A stretch of DNA of 64,000 nucleotides. It comes from an uncultured delta proteobacterium. Its GTDB lineage: Bacteria; Myxococcota_A; Polyangia; Fen-1088. The position numbers were made by a program, and so were the translations under genes. The stretch is taken from positions 64,001 through 128,000 of the forward strand of contig CAVWIP010000015.1 of the NCBI GenBank assembly GCA_963755125.1, read 5' to 3'. This document shows positions 30,189-39,351 of this stretch, piece after piece; the stretch's first letter is position 1, and each line of letters begins with the position of its first letter. A model generated the notes under the pieces. That model did not search any database. It was given only the letters and a program-made list of their open reading frames with translations, and was not told the origin of the DNA.

Positions 30189-31616
30189 CTACTGGAACGA
30201 GATCGCGGTCACGCAGAAGTCGAATGTCCCGATGGTCGGACTGGAGGCGACCTGAAACTCGATGTTCGTTGCATTTGGTGCGCCCGACAGTGCCCCGGCG
30301 ACAGTCGGGGCCCAGCAGGTCTGATTGAAACTCGTCCAGAGAAGGGTCTGGGTGGCCGCGGTCATCAACGCGCAATAGGTTGTGGCGCCAACGCTCAGGA
30401 TGATCTGCATATTGGCACCCGTGGGCAGGCTGCTGAGCGCGACCGTCACACCTGTTCCCGAAAGCTGAACCGGCACAGGGTTGGTGGACGTGGTGAGCAG
30501 CGACAAGTTGAAGCCGAACCCAGCTCCCCAAACTGTGTATGAGGGTGGATCCGATGCGCCAGTGGTGCCCGCCGCGCAGAGACTGTTGGGCGACAGGCAG
30601 ATGGACGATTCATCGGTTTGGTCGGAAAACGCGAACTCAAAGCCGCTGTAGTCCCCCACCGTGCACTTGCCTCCTGGGCACGCGATACCACCGGTGCTCT
30701 TGGGCGCCGAGCAAGTGGCCGACGTCTCGGCGGAGTTTGCGTCTGTCGAGGGTCTATCCGCCGAACCGCCAGCATCTTGCGCCATGCCTCCGTCGAGATT
30801 GGGCGCACAGATGGGACAGCCGCAGGGGTCGGGATTTGGCTGGGTATGCCCCAAACACGCGAGGGCCGGGCACATGATCGGGGGGCACGAGCCGGTCCCA
30901 CCCGTGCCGCCGCTGGTGCCACCGGTTCCGCCGGCCCCGACTCCGCCGGTAACGATTGCACCGCCCGATGCGCCGGCAGCGCCGGTTCCGCTACTTCCGC
31001 CGCCACTGTTGCCGGCCCGTGCCGAGGTGCCAGCGCTGCCGCCGCTGGCTCCATCCACGCCAGCATCGATGCCGGCGGTACCGCCTCCGGTAGCGCCACC
31101 AGTTGCTGTGCTGTGGCCGCCATTCGCGCTGGTCGTGCCTCCTTGCACTCCCCCTGCGCCGCCCGCGCCGGCCGCACCGCCTTGTCCACCGCTCCCACCC
31201 GTGGCAGTCGCGCCGCCCTGTCCGCCGACGCCGGCGTCCGAACCGCCCGGCACGGCCGCCAGGGTCACCGTGACATTGGTTTGCCCGCCAGAAACCAGAT
31301 CTTGACTGGTCTCGCCGTGCGCCAGAACGGTGTTCTGTGCGTCGAGCCCGTCGATGCTCACGTCGATGTTGCCGGTACGCGACTTGGGCATGGTGGCCGA
31401 CAGAGTGGCGGAAAACACGATGGGCGTCGACGTCGGATTCGGCGGGTAGCTTTGGGTTTCGGAGGTACCGGCGTTGGTGAATGTCACGTTGAGGTGCGTG
31501 ATCCCGGTCAAGTCAGCCGGAGCTTTCACAGTGACGAGCAGGACGTCTTGGGAGCTACTGCTGCCGGCCTTGCACGCGAGCGCCAGAAATGCCAGGCCCA
31601 GGAAGATTCGTCGCAT
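30189..31616 (-). CDS. Lipoprotein: N-terminal beta domain, Gly/Thr/Ser linker, small Cys knot, C-terminal CBM-like beta-sandwich
   Basis: Lipobox LALAC; long GGT/GGA linker; CPPIMCPALAC..PCGCPIC; C-terminal WGAGFGFNL...FDFCVTAISF. Confidence 0.75.
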   Translation of the reverse strand: MRRIFLGLAFLALACKAGSSSSQDVLLVTVKAPADLTGITHLNVTFTNAGTSETQSYPPNPTSTPIVFSATLSATMPKSRTGNIDVSIDGLDAQNTVLAHGETSQDLVSGGQTNVTVTLAAVPGGSDAGVGGQGGATATGGSGGQGGAAGAGGAGGVQGGTTSANGGHSTATGGATGGGTAGIDAGVDGASGGSAGTSARAGNSGGGSSGTGAAGASGGAIVTGGVGAGGTGGTSGGTGGTGSCPPIMCPALACLGHTQPNPDPCGCPICAPNLDGGMAQDAGGSADRPSTDANSAETSATCSAPKSTGGIACPGGKCTVGDYSGFEFAFSDQTDESSICLSPNSLCAAGTTGASDPPSYTVWGAGFGFNLSLLTTSTNPVPVQLSGTGVTVALSSLPTGANMQIILSVGATTYCALMTAATQTLLWTSFNQTCWAPTVAGALSGAPNATNIEFQVASSPTIGTFDFCVTAISFQ

Positions 31617-31625
31617 GGATGTCCC

Positions 31626-32429
31626 CTATTGGAAGATGGGCTGGTTGCCGAGGCTGGTGCCTGGGATCCCCTTCGATGAGCCGGAGGAGAGCACGACGGC
31701 GGTGACGATGCCCGCCGCGACCACCGCACCCAGCCCTGTCCAGAACCACCACCTCTTGTACACAGGTCGGGATTCGCCTGCCGCCGGTGAGGAAGCAGCA
31801 CCAAGGTCAGCGCCAGGGGCCGTGTCGGCCGTCGACTGGGTGCCGGAGGTCACCGGCGAGGGTGGTGCTCCGAACATCGGGAAGGTGCTCGCGCTTTGCT
31901 CGACTGGCTCGGCCACGACAGAGGAAGCTGCGGCCGACGCGCCATTGCCTTGACCCTCGTGGGCGGGCGGAGGCACGGCGGGCGCGTTGCTGGGAGCGGG
32001 GACAGCCGGCGGAATTGCGGCAGGGGCCGCTGCGGGCAGGGTTCCCGGTGGCGGTGCGGTTTGCGCGTTCTTCATCTCGGCCACCAGCTTCTCGAGTTCC
32101 GGAATTCGCTTCTCGACTTGGCTCCGGTTGGCGGCGTCGGCAGGCGCCGTGCGCAGATAAGATCGATAGGCGGTGATCGCGCGGTCCGGTTTGCCCGCCA
32201 GCCGGTAAGCCTGACCGATATTGAAGAGCAGGGCGGGATCTGGCACCTGGCGATAGGCTTCCTCGTAGTGGCGGGCGGCGTCGTCGTAGTAGCCGAGGTT
32301 GTAGGCTGCTGTGCCGGCCGCCACCTCGGCGCGCGCGGCTTCCTCCTTCGGGCCCGCCAGGGCTGGCAAGCTGCCAAGAAGAACCAGCAAAACAAGTCCG
32401 ACGCGGATTCTGGACCATTGAACAGCCAT
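31626..32429 (-). CDS. TPR-repeat protein with Pro/Ala linker and C-terminal membrane anchor
   Basis: Signal peptide, AYNLGYYDDAARHYEEAY..LLFNIGQAYR..AITAYRSYL, PVYKRWWFWTG plus TM helix; RBS AGGAGG. Confidence 0.88.
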   Translation of the reverse strand: MAVQWSRIRVGLVLLVLLGSLPALAGPKEEAARAEVAAGTAAYNLGYYDDAARHYEEAYRQVPDPALLFNIGQAYRLAGKPDRAITAYRSYLRTAPADAANRSQVEKRIPELEKLVAEMKNAQTAPPPGTLPAAAPAAIPPAVPAPSNAPAVPPPAHEGQGNGASAAASSVVAEPVEQSASTFPMFGAPPSPVTSGTQSTADTAPGADLGAASSPAAGESRPVYKRWWFWTGLGAVVAAGIVTAVVLSSGSSKGIPGTSLGNQPIFQ

Positions 32430-32506
32430 CAAAGCCTCCTGCTACAAGATAGCAGCGATTCTCGCCCCGCAGGTGGCCGCCAGTCAAACCAGCCTAGTCG
32501 CGTGGG

Positions 32507-33082
32507 TCAATGCCCAGTCTGGTCCAAATACTTGTCGGTTTCCTGGCGCTGGAAGTGCTCCATCTGCGCCTTCTCGATGCCGCGGATGATCTGCTGGGCC
32601 GGGCCCGCAGTTCTCTGGAAGGGGCAGAAGTCGGCTGAGCGGAACGTGATCTCCTGGCGCACGACCTCGTTCGGGTGCTTCTGTAGTTGCAGGCCGAAAC
32701 ACATGATCTCGCCGTCGTCGCCGAAGCGGCCAGTGGCGAGAATCTCCACACATTCGAAGATGGTCTTGAGCGGACAGGGCCGGGCTTCGTAACGCTCGTG
32801 GACTAGCCCGTCGCGCCCGGGACGCAGCGGAATGTTTCTTCCCTGGACGCTGACCGAAGCAACCGCCGCCGGGTGGTCCCAGGGCTGCGGGCCAGGCACG
32901 GGCCCGAAGGTCAGAAAGCGGGCGTTGACCGAAAGACCCAGCCCGGATTTCACGATGTCGATGAAGCCGTCCAGGTTGGCGTCGACGTTACGCTGCGATG
33001 TGATCCCGTCGCCCAGTTGCCTACGGCATGAAATGAGCAGGCCAATGCAAAGGACGACACCGATGGGGCGAGAGAATCGCAT
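32507..33082 (-). CDS. Hypothetical lipoprotein
   Basis: Lipobox-like LLISC after a hydrophobic stretch; GAGGA RBS; no recognisable domain. Confidence 0.6.
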   Translation of the reverse strand: MRFSRPIGVVLCIGLLISCRRQLGDGITSQRNVDANLDGFIDIVKSGLGLSVNARFLTFGPVPGPQPWDHPAAVASVSVQGRNIPLRPGRDGLVHERYEARPCPLKTIFECVEILATGRFGDDGEIMCFGLQLQKHPNEVVRQEITFRSADFCPFQRTAGPAQQIIRGIEKAQMEHFQRQETDKYLDQTGH

Positions 33083-33297
33083 GCTTCTATCCTCGCGCGG
33101 GTCGAGACGCGGTTCAAGCGCGGCGAACACCCGACAACCTGGCCCCGGAATCGGAACGAGCCCATATTTGACCCCCATGAACGTCAGCGGGCTCTACAAC
33201 TGGCGCGTCTTTCATCATCCGCTTGCCACTGGCCAGCGACGATGCGCGCGTGAGCTGACCATCTGCTGTTCGCGGCTGTTCAGCCAGCGCCCGGCCG

Positions 33298-33534
33298 TCA
33301 GAATTCGACGTGGAACCTGCACGCGACGAACTTCGCAGGTCCACGATCTTTGTTGTAGGCGGGGTTCACAACATACTGCCCGTCGAGCGAAAACCACATC
33401 CCGCTGAAGACCCTCGCTGCGTAGAACGCCTCGGCAATCTGCTCAATACCGTAGCTGAGCCTTCCGTCGCCGATGAAGAAGCCCAGACCTCCCGCCGCCA
33501 GATAGTCGCGGTGAGCGGCCGAGAGACCGTTGAG
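33298..33534 (-). pseudogene. C-terminal fragment of an OprB-family carbohydrate/Mn porin
   Basis: NGLSAAHRDYLAAGGLGFFIGDGRLSYGIEQIAEAFY...QYVVNPAYNKDRGP...RFHVEF*; upstream sequence is unrelated and has no signal peptide. Confidence 0.75.
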
Positions 33535-34451
33535 CCGCGAAAGCCTGTGAATCGTCTTGCTGATCCAGAAGGAAGGCGATCCCCAATCGTACGGAATGGG
33601 CTGGGGCAAAGAAGGGGGTTGGGACGCATTCGTCATGGCGCGCCTCGCTTGCCAAGTCGCAACAGGTCGGCGCGCGCGCCAAGCGCAATCAGGCCGAAGC
33701 CATGATTGGCTGATGGCACACCCTCGCCCTACTGGCCTAGGCTGCAAAGATGGATGTTGCTGGTACTCGGGGGTTCCATTTCTTTCCTGCCGTCCCGAAG
33801 GCCGGCCGCCGTCCGATTCTCGGGACGGTCTCGCTGACTTCCTCGATTTGCAGAATCACGTCAGTTCGGGTCGGTTCGCTCTGCCTTCTTCTTCCTCCTC
33901 TTCTGCGCGGCGTTTGCTGTCGGAGATCTCGCTACATTGATCAACTGCGCGAGACGGCGGCCAAGGTGCCGCACATGACCGGAAATGCGCACGGAAACCG
34001 GGCCATCGAACGGAGCGATGCTAGCGTGTGCGCATTAAGGGCCGCATGGCTGAACCGGATGATTGGCTGATATCCGACAGGCAACCCAGCGTGGTTGGCG
34101 AGTGCAAGAGAGCGCGCGGATTCTGTAGCAACCGTCGCACCGGGTGCGCCAGAAGGTGGTCCAGCCACCAAGGATGAAGTCGATTCGCCATCGGCTGCTC
34201 CCAATATCATGCAGGCATCACGTCTGCTATTCAGTTTCGGGCCTGCCGGCAAGGTGGTCCCCGTCGCGAGGAATGTTTGCCGCCGTGCGGAGCGGCCGAC
34301 ACGGAGGGCGCGGAACGCCGCCGCGTTTTGTCCCGTTTCGAGCCGCAAGTGACCATTTGAGGCACCCTGAGCAGTCGCTACAGAAGAACTCGATCCGTGA
34401 TAGGTCGCGACCTCCCACCGAATTCGCCAGATGTGCCTGCGCTCGGGGCAA

Positions 34452-34467
34452 CGGCGCGCGACTTGCA
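34452..34467 (+). promoter_or_regulatory. Sigma-54 promoter of the pilin gene
   Basis: CGGCGC-GCGAC-TTGCA (GG-N10-GC) ending 23 bp before the ATG; pilin genes are sigma-54 dependent in Myxococcus, Pseudomonas and Geobacter. Confidence 0.65.
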
Positions 34468-34490
34468 TGGACTAGAGAAAGGACGCCGCG

Positions 34491-35048
34491 ATGCCACACC
34501 CGAAATTGCGCACGAACCGGAACCGCAGCGGCTTCACCCTGGTGGAACTCATGATCGTTGTGGCCATCATCGGCATTCTGTCTGCGGTTGCCGTTCCCGC
34601 CTTCAGCCGATATGTCAAGAAGGCTCGCACTGCCGAAGCCGTGGGCCACTTGAACAAGCAGTGGGCAGGCGCATTGACCTACTTTGTGACGGACTACATA
34701 ACGCCGGGAGGCATACCGCTGCCCAGGCAGTTCCCAGGGCCCAACGCGACTTGGGCCAGTTCCAGCGAGTGTGCGTGCCAGACCGGCCAGCGCTGTCCCG
34801 GCAACAACCCGATATGGGCAAGCGACGGGGTATGGCTGGCCTTGAAGTTCTCTCTGCCCGACGCCCACCAGTACATGCCGGGATTCACCGGGTCCGACGG
34901 CGGCACCAACTCCCAATTTACCGCCTATGCTAAGGGCGATCTGGATTGCGACAGCACGCTTGCCGAGTTCATTCGCAGTGGAAGGGTTGGCTCGGAAGGA
35001 GACCCCGTCGGCAACTTCCAGCCGTACGTAGTCAACGAACTGGAGTAG
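34491..35048 (+). CDS. Type IVa pilin
   Basis: Class III signal [32 protein letters not shown]. Confidence 0.93.
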   Translation: MPHPKLRTNRNRSGFTLVELMIVVAIIGILSAVAVPAFSRYVKKARTAEAVGHLNKQWAGALTYFVTDYITPGGIPLPRQFPGPNATWASSSECACQTGQRCPGNNPIWASDGVWLALKFSLPDAHQYMPGFTGSDGGTNSQFTAYAKGDLDCDSTLAEFIRSGRVGSEGDPVGNFQPYVVNELE

Positions 35049-35077
35049 CGCGGGGAATGGCTCCGGGCGGCGGGCGG

Positions 35078-38000
35078 TCAAACCTGCGGATCGGGCTGTG
35101 GTCGTTCGCGGAAAGCCAGCGAAAGCAACGCGGGCTGTAGCAGGCGTGGCAGGATCACCAGCGCTACAGCTCCGCCGATGACCACGATGGCCAGCGGTTT
35201 CTGGGTTTCCGAACCGATGCTACGCGAGACCGCGGCGGGCAGCAGGCCCAGCATGGCCACCCAGGTGGACATCAGGATGGGGCGCAGTCGGCGCTGGGCT
35301 GCCTGGCGGGCCGCGCTTGCCGCCGACTCTCCGCGGCTGCGCAATTGCCGGGCGTAGGTGACCACCAGCAGCCCGTCCTGAATGGAAATCCCTAGAATTG
35401 AGATGAAACCCACGGCTGCCGAGATAGAGAAGTCAGAGCCGGTGAGGAAGAGGGCCACCACGCCTCCACTGGCAGCCACGGGCGCCCCCAGCAACACGAT
35501 GAGGGTGTCGCGCGCATTCTTGACCGAGCCGTAGACCAGGAAGGTGATCATGAGCAGCGTCACCGGGATGATGATCAGCAAGCGCGCCGTGGTCTCGCGC
35601 AACTGGTTGATCTCGCCACCCCATTCCAGGTGCGTGTCGTAAGGCAGCTTGACGTGCTCGGCGATCTTGGCCTGCGCCTCGGCTATGGTCGAGCCCAGGT
35701 CGCGCCCGCGCACCGAGAACTTCACCGGCACATAGCGCCGCAGACCTTCGCGGAAGATGACCGACGGGCTGTTCTCTTCGACCACGTCAGCCAGTTGCCC
35801 GAGCGGCACCTGGGCCCCATCAGGCGCCGCGACCAGAATGGCCCGGATGGCGCGCAGATCGCGCCGGTACGGCTCGGCCCAGCGCACGGTGAGATCGAAG
35901 TGCTTTTCGCCCTCGTAGACCTGGGTGATGGCCAGCCCACCGATGGCCGCCTGGATGACCGCCGCCACATCGCCCGTGTTGAGGCCGTAGCGACCGGCCG
36001 CCGTGCGCGAAGGGGTGATGCGAATCGCGGGTTGGCCGAGCGAGCGGAAGATACCGAGATCCGCCACACCCCGGATGTCCTTCATGGCGGCAACGATCTC
36101 GCCCGCCTTGTTCTCGTCGACCCGCAGATCTGGCCCTACCACCTTGACCGTGTTCTCGCCCTTGACGCCCGACATGGCCTCTTCCACGTTGTCGGAGATG
36201 ACCTGCGAGAAGTTGAACACCACACCGGGAAAGGCGCGGGCCAGGTCGCGCTGCATCTCCTCGGTGAGTGACGCCTTGGTCACGCCCTTGCGCCATTCGG
36301 AACTGGGACGCAGGGGTGCCAGAAGTTCGATGTTCTGAAAGCCGGACACGTCGGTACCGTCGTCGGGCCGTCCCAGTTGTGAGATGACGCTTTGAACTTC
36401 GGGCCGGCTTCGCTTGTTGGAGGGACAGTCACTCGGATCGTCGCCCGGACAGCCGAGCACGATGGCGCGGATGTGGCCCACGTAGCGGGCCGATTGTTCC
36501 AGGGAGATCGAGGTGGGCAAGGTGGCGCGGATCCAGAAGTTTCCTTCTTCCAGCTTGGGCATGAACTCGCGGCCCAGGATGCCGGCCGCAGCCAGTGCCA
36601 CCACCACTGGCCCCACGCCCAGCAGCACGGCCCAGCGGGGTCGTTGCAGGGCGAAGGAGAAGAGCCGCGCATAGAACCCGTGTACGACTCGCATGAAACG
36701 CGTGTCCTTTTCCTCTTCGTCCTGGGTCACCGATGTGGGCATGAGCCGCGACGCGAGGGCCGGGGTGAGGGTCAGCGCGAGCAGGATGGCGCCACCGATG
36801 GCAAAGGCATAGGTGTGCGCCATGGGCGCCATGATCACGCCGGCCACCCCGGTCAGGGTGAAGAGCGGCACGAAGGCCACCGCGATGATCAGGGTCGAGG
36901 AGAATACCGGCGGCCCGACCTCGCGCGCTGCGCTGGTGATGCGCTCGAAGACTGAGCCACCTTTTCGCGCAAAGTTGCGGAAGATGCTCTCCATCATGAT
37001 CACGGATGAGTCGACCACGATGCCGAAGTCCACCGCGCCGAGAGAGATGAGGTTGGCCTGCGTGCCGGTGGACACCATTCCAAAGAACGCGAAGAGCAGG
37101 GCGAGTGGCAGATTGAGCGCAACCAGCAGAGCCGCCCGCAAATTTCCCAGGAAGAGCCAGAGCACCAGCGAGACCAGCAGCATGCCGGTGATGAGATTTT
37201 CCATCACGGTGTGGGTGGTCAGCTTGACCAGGTCGGCCCGGTCGTAGAGGGTTTCGATGTCCATGCCAGGCGGCAGAACCCGGTTCTGGCGGATGTAATC
37301 GACCCGATCGTGAATGCCCTTGACGGTGGAGAGCGAGTCGCCCCCGTAGCGCATGAGCACGATGCCTTCCACGATGTCGGGCTCGCCGTCGCGGCCCACA
37401 ACCCCCAGGCGAGGGGCCGCGCCCACACTGACTGCAGCCACGTCCCGCACGCGAACCGGCACGCCCTTTTGCGCGGCGACGGCAATCTGCTCGATGTCAC
37501 GAACCGAACGGATGAGCCCGATGCCGCGCACGTCGAAGGATTGCTCGCCCAGGGTGAGGCGCTGTCCGCCCACGTTCTGGTTGGCGTTGGTGATGGCGGC
37601 TTGCAACTGCGCCAGGCTGACGTTGAGTCCGCGAAGACGGTAAGGATCCACGTCCACGTGGTACTGTTTGGTCAGGCCGCCGAATCCCACCACGTCGATC
37701 ACGCCCGGCACCTGGCGGAACTGCTTTTCCAGGATCCAGTCCTCGGCGGTCTTGAGGTCAGCCGCGGTGTAGTCCTTGCCCACCACCTTGTAGCGATACA
37801 ACTCGCCAATGGCACTCCAGGGCGAGAGCTGCGGCTGCACCCCGGCTGGCAAATTGACGAAATTGAGTTGATTGAGCACACGTTGCTGAGCCGTGGCGTA
37901 GCTGGTGTCCCAGCCAAAGTAGAACTTCACGTCGGCCAGCCCGAAGAGTGACTGCGAGCGCACGTGTTCCAGCCCTGGCATGCCCACCAGCCCGGTCTCC

Positions 38001-38206
38001 AGCGGCAAGGTCACGTAGCGCTCGACCTCCTCGGCGCTCCAGCCTTGCGGCTGCGCGATGATCTCGATCATGGGCGCCACCGGGTTGGGATAGGCCTCGA
38101 TGTCGAGTTGCGTGTACGAGCGAATGCCGATGGCCACCAGCGCCAGGGCGGCCATGAAGACCAGGAAAGGCGCGCGGACAGCGGCCGAAACCAGTCGCTC
38201 AATCAT
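35078..38206 (-). CDS. CusA/CzcA family heavy-metal efflux RND transporter
   Basis: SAEEVERYVTLPLE, GAVDFGIVVDS, FMPKLEEG, RLRPILM; 1042 aa. Confidence 0.95.
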   Translation of the reverse strand: MIERLVSAAVRAPFLVFMAALALVAIGIRSYTQLDIEAYPNPVAPMIEIIAQPQGWSAEEVERYVTLPLETGLVGMPGLEHVRSQSLFGLADVKFYFGWDTSYATAQQRVLNQLNFVNLPAGVQPQLSPWSAIGELYRYKVVGKDYTAADLKTAEDWILEKQFRQVPGVIDVVGFGGLTKQYHVDVDPYRLRGLNVSLAQLQAAITNANQNVGGQRLTLGEQSFDVRGIGLIRSVRDIEQIAVAAQKGVPVRVRDVAAVSVGAAPRLGVVGRDGEPDIVEGIVLMRYGGDSLSTVKGIHDRVDYIRQNRVLPPGMDIETLYDRADLVKLTTHTVMENLITGMLLVSLVLWLFLGNLRAALLVALNLPLALLFAFFGMVSTGTQANLISLGAVDFGIVVDSSVIMMESIFRNFARKGGSVFERITSAAREVGPPVFSSTLIIAVAFVPLFTLTGVAGVIMAPMAHTYAFAIGGAILLALTLTPALASRLMPTSVTQDEEEKDTRFMRVVHGFYARLFSFALQRPRWAVLLGVGPVVVALAAAGILGREFMPKLEEGNFWIRATLPTSISLEQSARYVGHIRAIVLGCPGDDPSDCPSNKRSRPEVQSVISQLGRPDDGTDVSGFQNIELLAPLRPSSEWRKGVTKASLTEEMQRDLARAFPGVVFNFSQVISDNVEEAMSGVKGENTVKVVGPDLRVDENKAGEIVAAMKDIRGVADLGIFRSLGQPAIRITPSRTAAGRYGLNTGDVAAVIQAAIGGLAITQVYEGEKHFDLTVRWAEPYRRDLRAIRAILVAAPDGAQVPLGQLADVVEENSPSVIFREGLRRYVPVKFSVRGRDLGSTIAEAQAKIAEHVKLPYDTHLEWGGEINQLRETTARLLIIIPVTLLMITFLVYGSVKNARDTLIVLLGAPVAASGGVVALFLTGSDFSISAAVGFISILGISIQDGLLVVTYARQLRSRGESAASAARQAAQRRLRPILMSTWVAMLGLLPAAVSRSIGSETQKPLAIVVIGGAVALVILPRLLQPALLSLAFRERPQPDPQV

Positions 38207-38208
38207 CG

Positions 38209-39351
38209 CTACAACATCCCGGAAAGCAGAATGGCGCCCGAGACCACGATGCGCTCACCCTTGGCCAGGTTGCGCAGTACCGGCAAGAACTCGTTGCCCA
38301 TCTCTTCGTTGACCACCACGGGCCGGCGCTCGAAGCGCAGGCGGCCATCCGGCGTCTTGCCCACCTCGACGAAGACCACCGTCTGATCGCCGAGGCGCAG
38401 GAGTGCGCCGCGCGGGATGGCAAGTGCGACCTGGCGATCCACGGGCAGGGTCACGGTGGCATACATTTCGGGCTTCAGTGCACGGTCGGAATTCACGATC
38501 TTGCAGCGGACTTTCGAGGTGTGGGTCGCGGGATCGAGCGTGTCGGAGACCCAGTCGGCCAACCCACGGAAGACGCGGCCGGGATAGGACACGACGGTGG
38601 CCAGACAGGCCGTGCCCGCCTTCACCCGGCCAAGATCCATCTCGAAAATGTCGCCCAGGACCCACACGCTGTCCAGTTCGCCCACCGTGAAAAGCTCGAG
38701 CACGGTGCCACCCGTGTACTGACCTTGCACCTCGGCGCCGGGGTTCACGTTGCGGGCGATGACCTCGCCGTCGATGGGGGTGTGCAAGGTGTACATCTGG
38801 TTGGACCTGTCGGAGGAACTTCCGCGCAGGATGCGGGTCTTCTTCCTGGCTCGATCCAGCTCGGCCCTGGCCTTGCTGAAGTTGGATTGCGCGCCCTCAA
38901 AATCGCGTTGCGATCCAGCGTGGAGGTCGAACAGCTCCTTCTGGCGGTTGGCTTCCTTCTCGGCGGCACCAAAATCTGCTTGCGCCTTGGCCAGGTCGGA
39001 GAACGCCGTCGCCACGTCGGGAGACTCGATTACCGCCAGGGCATCACCCTTCTTCACTCTTTGGCCGGGCTGAGCCTCGATCTTGACCACCCGGCCGGTC
39101 ACCGGCGACAGCACGTGCGCCACGTGCAGATCGTCGAAGGTCACGCGGCCACTGGCCACCACCACACCGCCCACGGGCTGCGGTTCGAGCGGCTCGACCA
39201 CAAGCTTGGCTGCTGTCGCCTGTTCGGGCGCCAGCCATACCTCGGTGGTCGGCGGCGCGGCTGATGGCTTGGCCTCGCGCCTGTGACAGCCGGGCCCGAT
39301 GACCACGACCAGGCAGACAGCAATGACGGAAGTGACTCGTGTGTGGTTCAT
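38209..39351 (-). CDS. RND periplasmic adaptor subunit (CzcB-like), lipoprotein
   Basis: SPVTGRV..GQRVKKGD.L, TPIDGEV, LKPEMYA motifs; lies between the TolC and RND genes. Confidence 0.93.
   Translation of the reverse strand: MNHTRVTSVIAVCLVVVIGPGCHRREAKPSAAPPTTEVWLAPEQATAAKLVVEPLEPQPVGGVVVASGRVTFDDLHVAHVLSPVTGRVVKIEAQPGQRVKKGDALAVIESPDVATAFSDLAKAQADFGAAEKEANRQKELFDLHAGSQRDFEGAQSNFSKARAELDRARKKTRILRGSSSDRSNQMYTLHTPIDGEVIARNVNPGAEVQGQYTGGTVLELFTVGELDSVWVLGDIFEMDLGRVKAGTACLATVVSYPGRVFRGLADWVSDTLDPATHTSKVRCKIVNSDRALKPEMYATVTLPVDRQVALAIPRGALLRLGDQTVVFVEVGKTPDGRLRFERRPVVVNEEMGNEFLPVLRNLAKGERIVVSGAILLSGML

Noticed and set aside
32494..32506. 13-nt match CTAGTCGCGTGGG shared with 10624-10636 (minus strand)
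   Set aside because: Matches of this length are expected by chance in 64 kb of GC-rich DNA, and the flanks do not align
33200..33297. attC-like site after the porin fragment (GCTGAAC... on the minus strand)
   Set aside because: No complementary GTTRRRY end or convincing hairpin; no integrase
34213..34228. Second GG-N10-GC motif AGGCAT-CACGT-CTGCT
   Set aside because: Weaker match with no ORF directly downstream; the 34452 site explains the pilin better
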